Below, in pieces: positions 48,291 to 58,614 of a DNA stretch of 64,000 nt. The DNA comes from Candidatus Velthaea sp. Lineage in GTDB: Bacteria; Vulcanimicrobiota; Vulcanimicrobiia; Vulcanimicrobiales; Vulcanimicrobiaceae. The stretch lies in assembly GCA_965214935.1 (NCBI GenBank), contig CBDCCS010000011.1:1-64000 (forward strand), given 5' to 3'. Within the stretch, counting starts at the first letter, position 1; the number at the start of each line of letters is the position of its first letter. The translations under genes and the position numbers were made by a program. The notes beneath the pieces were generated by a model. That model saw nothing but the letters and a program-made list of their open reading frames with translations. It did not search any database and was not told the DNA's origin.

Positions 48291-50629
48291 GTTTGATCGA
48301 CGCACGCGGCTGCGAGGTGCTTGACTTCGGGCGCATTCGCGAACGTCTGGCCGCACTCACTCACGCCGCACAGGCGTTCGGGCGCGCGGCGCAACTCGAG
48401 CCGTCGACGGACTTTGCCGAAGTGCGGCGGCTGATCGCCGAGACGGCTGAAATGCGCGAGCTGGTCCGGCAATCCGGTTTCGGATTAGCGCAGATCGCCG
48501 ACGTCGATGCCGCGCTTGCCGTTGCGGCGCGCGGCGTCCCGATCGCGGCGCTCGATCTGCGCGCAATCGCCGACGCGCTCGCGGCAGCGGCGCACGCCGC
48601 ACGATCGATTCGCGAAAGTGATTCGGCGCCGCTGTTGCGCGAACGGATCGGCGCCTTCGTCGCGCTGCCGAACGTCGTTGCGCGTATCTTCGACGCGATC
48701 GACGAACGCGGCAACGTGCTCGACCGCGCGTCGCCGGCGCTGGCGCGCATCCGGCGCGGCATCGCGCAAGCGCAAGACGACGCACGCGACCGAGCAACGG
48801 CAATCCTCCGCTCGGCCAAATATTCGCGCGCCGTTCAAGACCAGATCGTCACGGTACGCGACGGCCGGTTCGTGGTTCCGATCAAAGCTGAATTCGGCGG
48901 CGAAGTGCCCGGGATCGTTCACGATGCGAGTTCGAGCGGTGCGACACTCTTCATCGAACCGCTCGAAGCTCTCGAGACCAATAACCGGCTGCGTGCGCTG
49001 CGCGTGCAAGAGGAGCACGAGACCGCGCGCGTGCTCGCCGAACTCAGCGCGCTGTGCGGCGGGCAGGCCGAGCAAATCGCACTCGACATCGCGCTGTATA
49101 TCGACCTCGATCTGGCGTGCGCGCGGGCGGTCCTCGCCGAACGCATGAACGCCGTTGCACCGCAACTCGTCGACGAAGCGATCGTCGACATCGACAACGG
49201 CCGGCATCCGCTGCTCGATGAACGGGCGGTTCCGCAATCGCTACGGCTCGACGATGACAGCCGCCTACTGCTCGTTAGCGGGCCCAATATGGGCGGCAAA
49301 ACCGTCGCGCTCAAGATGGTGGGTTTGTTCGTAACGATGGCCGCTTGCGGCATGCACGTGCCGGCGGTTGAAGCGACGCTCGGGCGGTTCACCGCCATCT
49401 TTACCGACATCGGCGACGAGCAATCGATCGTCCAGAATGCATCGACGTTTTCGGCTCATTTGCGTCGGCTCGCCGCGATCGTCGATGCCGCCGGCGATCG
49501 TTCGCTCATTCTCATCGACGAGATCGGCGCGGGCACCGAGCCGGGTGCCGGCGCTGCGCTTGCCGTGGCCGTACTCGAACGTTTCATCGCGGTCGGCGCG
49601 CGCTGCATTGCAACGACGCATGCAACCGAGCTTAAACTTTTCGGCGCCGAAAACGCGCACGTGCGCAACGCCAGCGTGCGGTTCGATCCCACCACGTACG
49701 TTCCGACCTATCAGCTCGACATCGGTTCGCCCGGTCAGTCACTCGCCTTTGCGCTGGCGCGTACGATGCAACTCGATCCGGCGGTCGTCGGGCGAGCGGA
49801 GGATCTGCTCTCGAGCGCCGAACGCGATTACGATCGGGCGTTGGCTGAATTAGCGCAAGAACGCACGCGGACCGCGCACGAACGCGAACGGCTCGACCGC
49901 GAGCGCGTGCAACTCCACACGCTGCAAGAGGTTGCCCGGCGCAAAGCCGAAACGGCCGAGCGCGAACGGCGCGAGCTTGCCGCCCGGGCGGAAACGCGGC
50001 TGGCGGATGCACTGCGCAACTTTACCGCCGAACTCGAGCGGCGCGCGGCCGGCAACGGCAACCGCAGCCGGGCTAAAGTTACGCCCGGCCAGAGCGATCT
50101 GCTGTCCCGGACGCTCGATGAAATGCGGCGTGATTTAGGTCTCGTTCGCACACCGCGCAGCGGACGTCAGTTGCCGCAACCCATCGCCGTCGGCGACCGG
50201 GTAATCGTCGATACGCTCGATCAAGAGGCGATCGTCGCCGAAGACCTCGGTGACGACGCGCTCGTAACGATCGGTTCGATGCGCATGACGGTGGCGAAGT
50301 CGGATTTGCGGCGGCGCGGCGGGCCGCTGTCGCGACCCAAGCGCGAACGTGCCGCGGGCGAAGCGCAACTCGCTGCGGCGACCAACGCCCAAACGCAGCT
50401 CGACGTCCGCGGGCAGCGCTATGTCGAAGCCGAACCCAACGTCGACCGGTGGATCGACCGCGCGGCGCTCATGGGGTATTCACCGTTGCGGCTCGTGCAC
50501 GGCAAGGGAACGGGCTTATTGGGCCGCGGGTTACAAGAGTATCTACGCGCGCATCCGGCCGTCAGCGGCGTTCGCTACGGTAACGCCGACGAGGGAGGCT
50601 CGGGTGTGACGGTTTTTGAACTGCGCTAG
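48287..50629 (+). CDS. mutS2: Endonuclease MutS2
   Basis: HDASSSGATLFIEP, GPNMGGKT, DIGDEQSI, STFS, KOW and Smr domains (LDVRG...VHGKGTG). Confidence 0.95.
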   Translation: MSLIDARGCEVLDFGRIRERLAALTHAAQAFGRAAQLEPSTDFAEVRRLIAETAEMRELVRQSGFGLAQIADVDAALAVAARGVPIAALDLRAIADALAAAAHAARSIRESDSAPLLRERIGAFVALPNVVARIFDAIDERGNVLDRASPALARIRRGIAQAQDDARDRATAILRSAKYSRAVQDQIVTVRDGRFVVPIKAEFGGEVPGIVHDASSSGATLFIEPLEALETNNRLRALRVQEEHETARVLAELSALCGGQAEQIALDIALYIDLDLACARAVLAERMNAVAPQLVDEAIVDIDNGRHPLLDERAVPQSLRLDDDSRLLLVSGPNMGGKTVALKMVGLFVTMAACGMHVPAVEATLGRFTAIFTDIGDEQSIVQNASTFSAHLRRLAAIVDAAGDRSLILIDEIGAGTEPGAGAALAVAVLERFIAVGARCIATTHATELKLFGAENAHVRNASVRFDPTTYVPTYQLDIGSPGQSLAFALARTMQLDPAVVGRAEDLLSSAERDYDRALAELAQERTRTAHERERLDRERVQLHTLQEVARRKAETAERERRELAARAETRLADALRNFTAELERRAAGNGNRSRAKVTPGQSDLLSRTLDEMRRDLGLVRTPRSGRQLPQPIAVGDRVIVDTLDQEAIVAEDLGDDALVTIGSMRMTVAKSDLRRRGGPLSRPKRERAAGEAQLAAATNAQTQLDVRGQRYVEAEPNVDRWIDRAALMGYSPLRLVHGKGTGLLGRGLQEYLRAHPAVSGVRYGNADEGGSGVTVFELR

Positions 50630-50632
50630 GTT

Positions 50633-51832
50633 GTGAACGCTGACCCCAAAGCCGTCGACGAGCTCGTCGACGGCTGCGCGCATGTCGAAACGCCGGCCGA
50701 ATTACGCGCGCGGCTGCTGCGCGAGCGGCCGCTGCGCGTGAAATTCGGCGTCGATCCGACCGGCTCGGAACTTCATCTCGGGCATGCCGTCGTGCTGCAC
50801 AAGATGCAGCAGTTCGTCGCCGCCGGTCACGATGTAACGTTACTCATCGGCGACTTTACCGCACTCATCGGCGACCCCAGCGGCCGCAACGATTCACGGC
50901 CGCATCTTACACGTGAAGCGATTGCCGAGAACATGCGGACGTATACGGCGCAAGCCGGAACGATTCTCGATTTGGAACGGGTGACCGTTCGGCATAATTC
51001 GGAGTGGCTGGCACCGCTCGACTTGGCCGATCTGATTCGCTTGCTGTCGCAAACGACGGTCGCGCAGATGTTATCGCGCGAAGACTTCCGCAACCGGTAT
51101 GTCGGTCAAACCCCCATTGCGCTGCATGAATTCCTCTACCCGGTTGCTCAGGCATATGACTCCGTCGCGTTAACTTGCGATGTCGAACTCGGCGGCGACG
51201 ATCAGCTGTTTAATTTTTTGCTGGCCCGGACGTATCAGCACAATGCGGGTCAGCCGGCGCAGATCTGTATGACGTTGCCGATTCTCGAAGGCACCGACGG
51301 CAAAGTGCGCATGGGCAAGTCGAAGGGCAATTACATCGGTCTGAGCGAGTCACCCAACGACCAGTTCGGCAAAACGATGAGCATCCCGGACGAACTTATC
51401 GCACGTTGGGCGCGACTTGCGGATTTTCGTTCAAAAGCCGAGTCGGCGCTGCTCGCGCGCGAACTCGCCGATGGTTCGCGCAGCGCCAACGACGAAAAGA
51501 AAGCACTTGCCGAAGCGATCGTCCGGCGTTATCACGGCGCCCAAGCCGGGCGTGACGCGCGCGAGTTCTTCGAGCGGACGGTGGTGCGCCGCGAGCGGCC
51601 CGAAGAGATGCCCGAACTGCGCTTGACTGCGGCACCCAAGCTTACCGATGTCCTGACGGCCGCCGGATTCGCGGCCAGTAAACGCGCTGCGCAACGGCTT
51701 ATCGGTGAAGGAGCGGTTCGGATCGACGGCCGGGTCGTCGCCGATGCGGGGGCGATCTGGCCGTCCGGGCCGGCCGCGGTCCTACAAGTCGGCCCGCGGC
51801 GCTTCATCCGCGTCATCACGAACGAAAGGTAA
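50633..51832 (+). CDS. tyrS: Tyrosine-tRNA ligase
   Basis: GVDPTGSELHLGH (HIGH), YPVAQAYD, GGDDQLFN, RMGKSKGN (KMSKS variant), C-terminal S4 domain. Confidence 0.96.
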   Translation: MNADPKAVDELVDGCAHVETPAELRARLLRERPLRVKFGVDPTGSELHLGHAVVLHKMQQFVAAGHDVTLLIGDFTALIGDPSGRNDSRPHLTREAIAENMRTYTAQAGTILDLERVTVRHNSEWLAPLDLADLIRLLSQTTVAQMLSREDFRNRYVGQTPIALHEFLYPVAQAYDSVALTCDVELGGDDQLFNFLLARTYQHNAGQPAQICMTLPILEGTDGKVRMGKSKGNYIGLSESPNDQFGKTMSIPDELIARWARLADFRSKAESALLARELADGSRSANDEKKALAEAIVRRYHGAQAGRDAREFFERTVVRRERPEEMPELRLTAAPKLTDVLTAAGFAASKRAAQRLIGEGAVRIDGRVVADAGAIWPSGPAAVLQVGPRRFIRVITNER

Positions 51833-51835
51833 GAT

Positions 51836-52024
51836 ATGGCTGCTATAACATATAGCGCCGCTCCGCAGTTGAGCGGACCGACGTTTACCTGTACGCGTTG
51901 CCGCCGGGTCTATGCGTATCCCACCGATCACGGCAAACCGATCCGCTGCGAATGCGGCTGGTGGTATTACAACATTGGCCACGGCCGCTTTCGCGAAGAA
52001 TACAAACCGCGAATCGGCGGCTAA
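51836..52024 (+). CDS. Small putative zinc-ribbon protein (62 aa; alternative TTG start at 51869)
   Basis: CTRC...CEC cysteine pattern, aromatic-rich; GAAAGG upstream; fills the tyrS-hslO gap. Confidence 0.65.
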   Translation: MAAITYSAAPQLSGPTFTCTRCRRVYAYPTDHGKPIRCECGWWYYNIGHGRFREEYKPRIGG

Positions 52025-52047
52025 CGGTGCGTGCGCGGCCGCGCGCT

Positions 52048-52941
52048 TTAACCGTGCATGTCGAGCCGGGCCGCAAGATCGTTCACCTCGCTGGCCGACA
52101 GCACGTAGTGCCGTTTACAAAACTCGCAGACGGCTTCCGTCTGCGGCTGTTCGGTCGCCATCTTCGTCAACTCGTCGCGGCCTAAACCAAGCAACGCCGA
52201 CTCGACTTTTTCACGCGTGCAGCGGCAACCGAATTCCAACGCGAACTCGCTGAAGATTTTGAGTTCCAGCGTCGCTGTGATCGCACGCAACAATGCGTCG
52301 CCGTCGGCACCGTCGACGATTTGCTGCGTGACCGGCGGCATGCTTTGCGCATTACGTTCCAGCGTCGCGATCGTCGCGTCGTCCGCGCCCGGCATGAGTT
52401 GAGCGATAATGCCGCCGGCGGCAATGATCCCGGCCGGATTCGCCAACACGCCTAGGGCCACGACGCTTGGGATTTGCTGCGAGTTCGCCAAGTACGCGGC
52501 GATATCGTCGCCGATTTCGCCGGTTTCAAGCGGTACGATGCCGTTGTACGGCTGCCCCACTTCGTAGCTCTTCGTAACTTGCAATCGCCCGTGTCCGACG
52601 ACGCCCGAGACATCGAATTTCCCACGGTCGTTCAGCGGCAGATCCGCGGCCGGAAAGCGCGCGTATGCCCGGGCGGCGACGCGACCGGCACCGCCGCTCC
52701 AGCTATCGGCGACGATTTGACCGATCGGGCCGTCGCCGTTTATTTGCAGCGTTAAGCGTTCGCGCGGGCCGAGGCTTGCGCCTAACAGCGCTGCGCCGCT
52801 AATCAGGCGGCCGACGGCAGCGCTCGCGGTCGGTGCTAGCGTATGACGCACTTGCGCTTCGCGCACCACGCGGGTTGTTATGCCCGCGACGAGCGACACG
52901 GTTCCATTCGCCGCACTTGCCGTAACTAATCGATCCTGCAT
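52048..52941 (-). CDS. hslO: Hsp33 redox-regulated chaperone
   Basis: GDGPIG, SQQIPS, AAGG...QLMPG, zinc site CRC...CEFC. Confidence 0.95.
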   Translation of the reverse strand: MQDRLVTASAANGTVSLVAGITTRVVREAQVRHTLAPTASAAVGRLISGAALLGASLGPRERLTLQINGDGPIGQIVADSWSGGAGRVAARAYARFPAADLPLNDRGKFDVSGVVGHGRLQVTKSYEVGQPYNGIVPLETGEIGDDIAAYLANSQQIPSVVALGVLANPAGIIAAGGIIAQLMPGADDATIATLERNAQSMPPVTQQIVDGADGDALLRAITATLELKIFSEFALEFGCRCTREKVESALLGLGRDELTKMATEQPQTEAVCEFCKRHYVLSASEVNDLAARLDMHG

Positions 52942-53103
52942 CTCGTAGGCGTAAAACCAATTGCGCGAATACGCGTTGCACGACGGCGGTTCTGCGTTTA
53001 TGACGGGAGGAGGGCAATGCCCCTCTGCGTATACCCCGTTGCGAGCGGCACGTTAGATCTATTGATGTTTGCAGCCGTTTCGACCTGACTTTGAGGAAGT
53101 TCA

Positions 53104-53436
53104 ATGACGAAAGCAGATTTGATCGACTCGTTAGCCAACGAGTTCGAACTCTCGAAGCGACAAGTCGGCGAAATGATCGACATGCTGCTCAACGAAATCA
53201 AGGGTGCCTTACAGTCGGGCGATAAGGTTCAGCTCACGCCCTTCGGCAGCTTCGTCGTTCGCGACCGCAAGAAACGCGAAGGACGCAACCCCAAGACCGG
53301 CGAGAAGCTCATGATTGCAGCGCGCCGTGTCCCGGCGTTTTCGGCCGGCAAATCGTTGCGTGACGCCGTCGGCGGCGGCGCAAAAAAGAAAAGCTCGTCG
53401 AAAGCCGGCGCAAAGAAGGTTGCCAAGAAACGCTGA
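53104..53436 (+). CDS. hup: HU-family DNA-binding protein with Lys-rich C-terminal tail
   Basis: MTKADLI, PFGSF, GRNPKTGE, PAFSAGKSLRDAV, tail KKKSSSKAGAKKVAKKR. Confidence 0.95.
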   Translation: MTKADLIDSLANEFELSKRQVGEMIDMLLNEIKGALQSGDKVQLTPFGSFVVRDRKKREGRNPKTGEKLMIAARRVPAFSAGKSLRDAVGGGAKKKSSSKAGAKKVAKKR

Positions 53437-53487
53437 CTTTCGCCGGCAGGTATGACCCGTCTCGCGCGCAACGACGTTTAGCGGTCG

Positions 53488-53564
53488 CGGGCAGTAGCGC
53501 AGCTTGGTAGCGCATCAGTCTGGGGGACTGGGGGTCGCAGGTTCAAATCCTGTCTGCCCGACCA
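53488..53564 (+). tRNA. tRNA-Pro (anticodon GGG)
   Basis: 77 nt; acceptor CGGGCAG/CTGCCCG plus ACCA; D arm GCGC-AGCTTGGTA-GCGC; anticodon loop CT-GGG-GG; T arm GCAGG-TTCAAAT-CCTGT. Confidence 0.97.
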
Positions 53565-53571
53565 ATACGAC

Positions 53572-53602
53572 GACAACCTCGCTAGCGAGGTTGTTTTCGT
53601 TT
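53572..53602 (+). terminator. Intrinsic terminator after tRNA-Pro
   Basis: ACAACCTCG-CTAG-CGAGGTTGT hairpin followed by TTTCGTTT. Confidence 0.85.
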
Positions 53603-53636
53603 AGGTCATTGCGATGTGCAACAGCGCCGCAACGCC

Positions 53637-54107
53637 TTAAATAATCTTGTAGAAGAAGTTCACGGAGTGACCGTCGGTATCGAGGATTTCAACGGTCTCT
53701 TCATCGGTCTGTTGGAAACCGCTAGCGGTAAATGGATTGCATGGACTCGGCGTCGTCAATGCAGTTACCGGTGACGCGTTGTCGGCGGTAAATTGAACGA
53801 CGTTTACCTGGGTGCTCGATGTCACGTAATGCGGCACGAAGCAGGGGATGTTGAACGGCGCCGTCCAGGTCGTGACGGTAATCTTATACGGACCGGAAAA
53901 GAGCTTCTCGGCGATGCCGATCGAGAACACGCCGCCGCTGACTAAAAACGGCTGCGCAAACGTCGTCTGCAATGTCGCGCCGGATACCGCATTGGTGACC
54001 ACGATATCACCTGCCGGCCGCGGATTGAGCCCGAGAATACCGTTCGCGCCGCACGCCGTGAGGGCCAGCGTCACGAGCGTCGGAATGCCGATTCGTAAAA
54101 TACGCAT
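53637..54107 (-). CDS. Hypothetical lipoprotein
   Basis: MRILR basic start, hydrophobic core, lipobox LTAC; beta-rich mature part with two further Cys. Confidence 0.7.
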   Translation of the reverse strand: MRILRIGIPTLVTLALTACGANGILGLNPRPAGDIVVTNAVSGATLQTTFAQPFLVSGGVFSIGIAEKLFSGPYKITVTTWTAPFNIPCFVPHYVTSSTQVNVVQFTADNASPVTALTTPSPCNPFTASGFQQTDEETVEILDTDGHSVNFFYKII

Positions 54108-54224
54108 AATACATCCTAGGTACTCGGCTGACGACAGGCCCGTGTGCACGGTAGCCTGCGCCCGAATTGTAAAGCTCGGGCTAATTTATCCGCGCGTAGC
54201 CGGCCGAACGCGAAAGGGCGATGC

Positions 54225-54626
54225 TTGAAATTCACGATCTTTGCCGACGGCGGTTCGCGCGGTAACCCTGGGCCGGCCGCTTCCGGCGCGGTCATTACCG
54301 ATGAAAGCGGCAGCGTGGTGCGCGAGGTCGGTACCTTCTTGGGTCGGACGACGAACAACGTTGCGGAGTGGACCGCGCTCATCACCGGACTTGAAGCAGC
54401 GCTCGAACTCGGTGCGACCGAGATAGCGGTGCGCATGGATAGCGAGCTGGTCGTCAAGCAACTATCGGGCGTCTATCGCGTCAAACATCCGAACATGATT
54501 CCATTGCACGCTCGAGCAACGACGCTGCTGCGCCGATTCGCGGCGGTCGACATCGCGCATGTCCCGCGCAAAGCCAATGCTGCTGCGGACGCCGTCGTCA
54601 ACGCCGTCCTTGATGCGCGCAGTTAG
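54225..54626 (+). CDS. Ribonuclease HI family protein
   Basis: DGGSRGNPG, TNNVAE, DSELVVKQ, HVPRKANAAAD; TTG after GAAAGGG. Confidence 0.92.
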   Translation: MKFTIFADGGSRGNPGPAASGAVITDESGSVVREVGTFLGRTTNNVAEWTALITGLEAALELGATEIAVRMDSELVVKQLSGVYRVKHPNMIPLHARATTLLRRFAAVDIAHVPRKANAAADAVVNAVLDARS

Positions 54627-55504
54627 CCGCCGGGCTCGCTTTTGAGACTGAACCAAAACGCCGCGTTGCGTCCGGGTTGGGTATCGAAACCGATCGTGCC
54701 GTCCATGGCATTGACGAGCTCCTTTGCAATATACAAGCCCAGGCCGGTCGAATCGACCCGCCGTTCGCCCAGCGATGCGAACGGAAGAAAGAGCCGCGAT
54801 TGCTCTTCGGGTGGTATGCCTCGCCCCTCGTTGTAGATCGTTACGCGAACGCTGTCGGCTTGGGTCGTGATCGATACCAAAACGATCGAAGATTCGATTG
54901 CATTGGCAACCGCATTGCTCAAGAGATTTGTCACGACTTGGCGCACGCGCATCGCGTCACCGTAAACGTACGGAACGCCGCTCTGTTCGACGACGCTGAC
55001 GGTGTGCCAGATCTCCGCGTTGGCGGCTTCATAGACGACCGCCACCACATCGATGAGGATGCGCTCGACGCGGAGCCGGCCGGCCGATATGCGCGAGATC
55101 AGCAAGAGATCGTCGGCGAGATGCCCGAGTTGTTTGGTCGCTTCAAGCGCCACGCCGAAGAGTTCGCTGCGCCGGACCGGTTCGAGCGCGGCTTGATGCT
55201 CGTCGAGTAACGCGACCGCGCCGCGAATCGCTGCTAAGGGCGCACGAATCTCGTGCGCGACGATCGCAACGAGCGGACTGATCGTCGCCGGTCCGGGAGC
55301 CGCCGGGGCAGGACGGCGAGCATGCAACGCGATTCTTACGGCCGCTCCCAGGGTCGCGGCGGCGACGAGCGTGCGCGCCAGGAAGTGAGGCTGCGGCCGG
55401 ACAGCGAAAACCGAGCCATAGACCAGGCCGCCGACGACCACTGCGTCGAGAGCATAGCCGCTCCACGCTTTCAATTCGGCTAGATCTTTTCCCGACGGAC
55501 ACAC
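54623..55504 (-). CDS. Membrane sensor histidine kinase (2 TM, HisKA, HATPase); start uncertain
   Basis: AHEIRAPL H-box, NLLSNA, NEGRGI, TGLGLYI. Confidence 0.88.
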   Translation of the reverse strand: MCPSGKDLAELKAWSGYALDAVVVGGLVYGSVFAVRPQPHFLARTLVAAATLGAAVRIALHARRPAPAAPGPATISPLVAIVAHEIRAPLAAIRGAVALLDEHQAALEPVRRSELFGVALEATKQLGHLADDLLLISRISAGRLRVERILIDVVAVVYEAANAEIWHTVSVVEQSGVPYVYGDAMRVRQVVTNLLSNAVANAIESSIVLVSITTQADSVRVTIYNEGRGIPPEEQSRLFLPFASLGERRVDSTGLGLYIAKELVNAMDGTIGFDTQPGRNAAFWFSLKSEPGG

Positions 55505-56158
55505 ATGCGCCGCTTACCGATAAACGCCCTCATTGCCATTCTCGCTCTTGTTTTCGTCGTTACCGGCTGGCAACTTTATGCGCGTCAGGAGACCGAACGC
55601 TTCCGGGCCGTTGATGCCGTCCGTCAGTCCGATACATTTTTTCGCCTGACGATGCGCGTCGTTTCGCCCAGCGGCCCGATCGCCACCGAACAGTACACGC
55701 TCGTGAACGATAACGGCAAATCGCGTGCGACCTACGCGGTCGGCGATCGCAAAGGCACGGTCGCGACGTTCGACGAGGCGATCCGCGGCTATGACGTGAC
55801 CTTCGCCTTCGATAAGCTGGTGCAAGACGGCATCTGGCAACTTGATTCGAAGCAACCGCGGGCCGCCGGCGAACGCCGCTACACCGTTACGATCGAACAA
55901 ACGGCGCAAACGCAAAGCGGACGGCGCACGTTTTCATTTACCGACCCGAGCTACTGGGCGGTCGCGGCCGGCCGGCAATATCACATTACGCTCGATCCGA
56001 AAGCCAAGACTCCGACCGCGGCCGACTTGCTGCAACTCGAGTCAACTTCGGTGGCCGAGCCGCGATACGCAAAGATCGTCGCCGATTTCGAGACGTTCGG
56101 GTCGCCGGCGTTCCATCGGACCGTCGCTTCGGCGCGGGCCAAACTGCTGCGTTCGTGA
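55505..56158 (+). CDS. Hypothetical membrane-anchored/exported protein
   Basis: N-terminal hydrophobic helix; stop overlaps the next gene start (GTGA). Confidence 0.75.
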   Translation: MRRLPINALIAILALVFVVTGWQLYARQETERFRAVDAVRQSDTFFRLTMRVVSPSGPIATEQYTLVNDNGKSRATYAVGDRKGTVATFDEAIRGYDVTFAFDKLVQDGIWQLDSKQPRAAGERRYTVTIEQTAQTQSGRRTFSFTDPSYWAVAAGRQYHITLDPKAKTPTAADLLQLESTSVAEPRYAKIVADFETFGSPAFHRTVASARAKLLRS

Positions 56159-56883
56159 AGCGCGTCGTTCGCGCGTTACTCGCGTTGCTCGTAGCCGGTG
56201 CGGGCTTCTTCGAGCTGTACGAAACGATCGAGGGACCGGGCACGCAGGTCTTCGGCCGCACGCTCGTTCAGGGGGCCGGGCATGTCGTTGCCCTTACGTT
56301 CGACGACGGCCCCAACGATGCGACAACGCCGCAGATCCTCGACGCGCTCGAACGCGATCGTGTTCACGCCACGTTCTTTGTCGTCGGGCGGGCCGTCGCC
56401 GGCCACGGGCGACTGTTGCGCCGGATGGTGCGTGACGGTGATGAGATCGGCAACCACACGCAAAGCCACGTGCATCTGAACTTTTTGTTGAGCGGCCGGG
56501 CGATCGGGCGGGAAATTGATTCGACGCAGGCCGCGATCGTTGCCGCCACCGGGCGGCGTGCATTGTACTTGCGTCCGCCGTTCGGCGCGCGCGACTTTGC
56601 GGCGATCGACACCGCGCGGCGGCATGGTTTGCGGGTGGTGATGTGGACGGCGATGCTCGGCGCCGAATCGCCCGCCACGACGAGCGCAAAGCTGGCGATC
56701 GACTTGCTGCGTCAAGTGCATGACGGCGCGATCATCGTCATCCACGACGGCGACCAGGGCCGGCGCGGCGCGGGCGGCCGGATGTACGAATCAGCGGCGC
56801 TCGGTACCATCATTGCGCGGCTCAAAGCTCAGGGTTACCGTTTCGTAACGGTGTCGCAGCTCGACCGGCGGGCGCATGCGTAA
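56155..56883 (+). CDS. Polysaccharide deacetylase (NodB/CE4)
   Basis: ALTFDDGP, ATFF, GNHTQSH, LRPPFG, IHD, YRFVTV. Confidence 0.93.
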   Translation: MKRVVRALLALLVAGAGFFELYETIEGPGTQVFGRTLVQGAGHVVALTFDDGPNDATTPQILDALERDRVHATFFVVGRAVAGHGRLLRRMVRDGDEIGNHTQSHVHLNFLLSGRAIGREIDSTQAAIVAATGRRALYLRPPFGARDFAAIDTARRHGLRVVMWTAMLGAESPATTSAKLAIDLLRQVHDGAIIVIHDGDQGRRGAGGRMYESAALGTIIARLKAQGYRFVTVSQLDRRAHA

Positions 56884-56937
56884 CGCAGCGGGCAAGTGGA
56901 GGTAAGCCCGGCGGCGCCGACGTAGCGCGTTCGATCC

Positions 56938-58614
56938 GTGGTCGTTCTGTTTGCAACCGGCTTTCTCGCGCTCGGTCTCATCAATCTCGATTTTTCGCGC
57001 GGCTGGTGGCGGGGCCAATGGTTGCGCTTCGCCGTCGGCATTCCAATCGTTTTTGCGTACGTCTACGTCACGCTGCCGCCGCTGGTTTTTCCCCAAGCCG
57101 TCACGCTGCTGCTGTTGACGTTCGTACCAAATGCGGTCTATTCGCTGCTGTTATCGGCGCGTAGCTTCGTGGCCTCGCGGCGCATCGTTTCGCTCCGCCG
57201 CGCACCATTTTGGCCGTATTTGGGCGGCTGCGCGGCGCTCGGACTGTACGCGCTCGCGCTATTCATCGCACCCGTAATCGATGCGAACGGCTTGCGCGAT
57301 CTTGCCGGCGCGACGACCTCCGATCTTCCGGCGCCAAGTGCCGAGATCGCGCACGTGCGCGTCGTTCCCGAAGAATCGGCAATCTTTGCCGGAAACAAAG
57401 TCGTCGGTCAACTCGGCGCATACTATCAAGTCGGCACGTACACGATTCAAGCTGAAAACGGGCGTCTGGTCTGGGTTGCGCCGCTCGATTTTCAAGGCCC
57501 GATTCAATGGCTCGCGCGCCGCGCAAGTCCGGGCGTTATCGTCGTGAGCGCGGAGAATCCCGATGCTCCCGCAGAACTGCGCCAGCATGCGCCGCTGCGC
57601 TACATCCCCTCCGCGTTACTGAACGAAAACGTCGAGCGCCATGTGTACGGGCGCTTCGGGACTGAAGCGATCCTCGAAACGACGTTGCAACTCGATGCCG
57701 GCGGCAACGCGCAATATCTGTGTACGCTCGGCCGGCCGACGATCGGCTGGACGGCGTATCGGGTGACCGGCGTGGTGATTGTCGATCCGGTGAGCGGCGC
57801 GATGCAACGCGTCGACCGGTCCGATTTCGCCACGCTGCCGGCCTGGATTAGCCGCGTGTATCCGCCGGATCTCGTGCTGGACTACAACGATTGGTTCGGA
57901 CGTTTCGTGCACGGCTGGTGGAACGCCCAAATAGCAAAACGCGACGTTCACTTACCGGCGCGCGACGAAGTGTTCGGCATGCTCGTCGAGCCGTCGCGCT
58001 TCGTTTGGTTCGTCGACCACACGTCGCCCAACGCAACCGACGATTCGATGACCGGCTTCACCTATACCGATTCGCGAACCGGTGCGATGACCTACTATAC
58101 GTCATCGGGCGGGCAGTTCAATTCATCGGCTGCGGAGCGATCGGTCGCGGCGAATCCGATCGTGCGGCAAGCGCGGCTCATCCCGACACAACCGATTTTA
58201 TACAATGCGTTTCGCGCGAACACATGGGTCGTGCCGATTGTTTCCGACAACGGCAAGTATCAGACGCTCGCACTGGTGCAAGCCGGCGGCGGTCATGTCG
58301 TCGTCGGCAATACCGCCGCACCGTCGCCCGCCGACGCCGCACTGCTCGAATACCGAACGTATCTCGGCGATCAGACGGCGCTGGGCGGAACGCAGCCGCA
58401 ACCGACCGCCGGCATCATCGACCGCTTTGCCGACACGGCCGGCCGCATTTATTTCACGTTGCGGGGCAAACGCGGGATCTTCATGATCCCCGATGGCGGC
58501 GACCCGAACGTCTTTCTCGCCCGTCCCGGCGACCGGATCCGCTTTCGCGCGACTCCCGATGCGAGCGGCTTGCTTTCGGCCCGCGATTTGCACGATGATT
58601 CGATTGCGCGATGA
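56938..58614 (+). CDS. Hypothetical membrane protein (about 4 N-terminal TM helices and a large beta-rich extracytoplasmic region)
   Basis: 558-aa ORF with typical codon usage; stop overlaps the GNAT start (ATGA). Confidence 0.8.
   Translation: MVVLFATGFLALGLINLDFSRGWWRGQWLRFAVGIPIVFAYVYVTLPPLVFPQAVTLLLLTFVPNAVYSLLLSARSFVASRRIVSLRRAPFWPYLGGCAALGLYALALFIAPVIDANGLRDLAGATTSDLPAPSAEIAHVRVVPEESAIFAGNKVVGQLGAYYQVGTYTIQAENGRLVWVAPLDFQGPIQWLARRASPGVIVVSAENPDAPAELRQHAPLRYIPSALLNENVERHVYGRFGTEAILETTLQLDAGGNAQYLCTLGRPTIGWTAYRVTGVVIVDPVSGAMQRVDRSDFATLPAWISRVYPPDLVLDYNDWFGRFVHGWWNAQIAKRDVHLPARDEVFGMLVEPSRFVWFVDHTSPNATDDSMTGFTYTDSRTGAMTYYTSSGGQFNSSAAERSVAANPIVRQARLIPTQPILYNAFRANTWVVPIVSDNGKYQTLALVQAGGGHVVVGNTAAPSPADAALLEYRTYLGDQTALGGTQPQPTAGIIDRFADTAGRIYFTLRGKRGIFMIPDGGDPNVFLARPGDRIRFRATPDASGLLSARDLHDDSIAR

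Noticed and set aside
53488..54107. tRNA-Pro as an integration site for an island
   Set aside because: No integrase and no duplicated tRNA 3' end seen in the window; a terminator follows directly.
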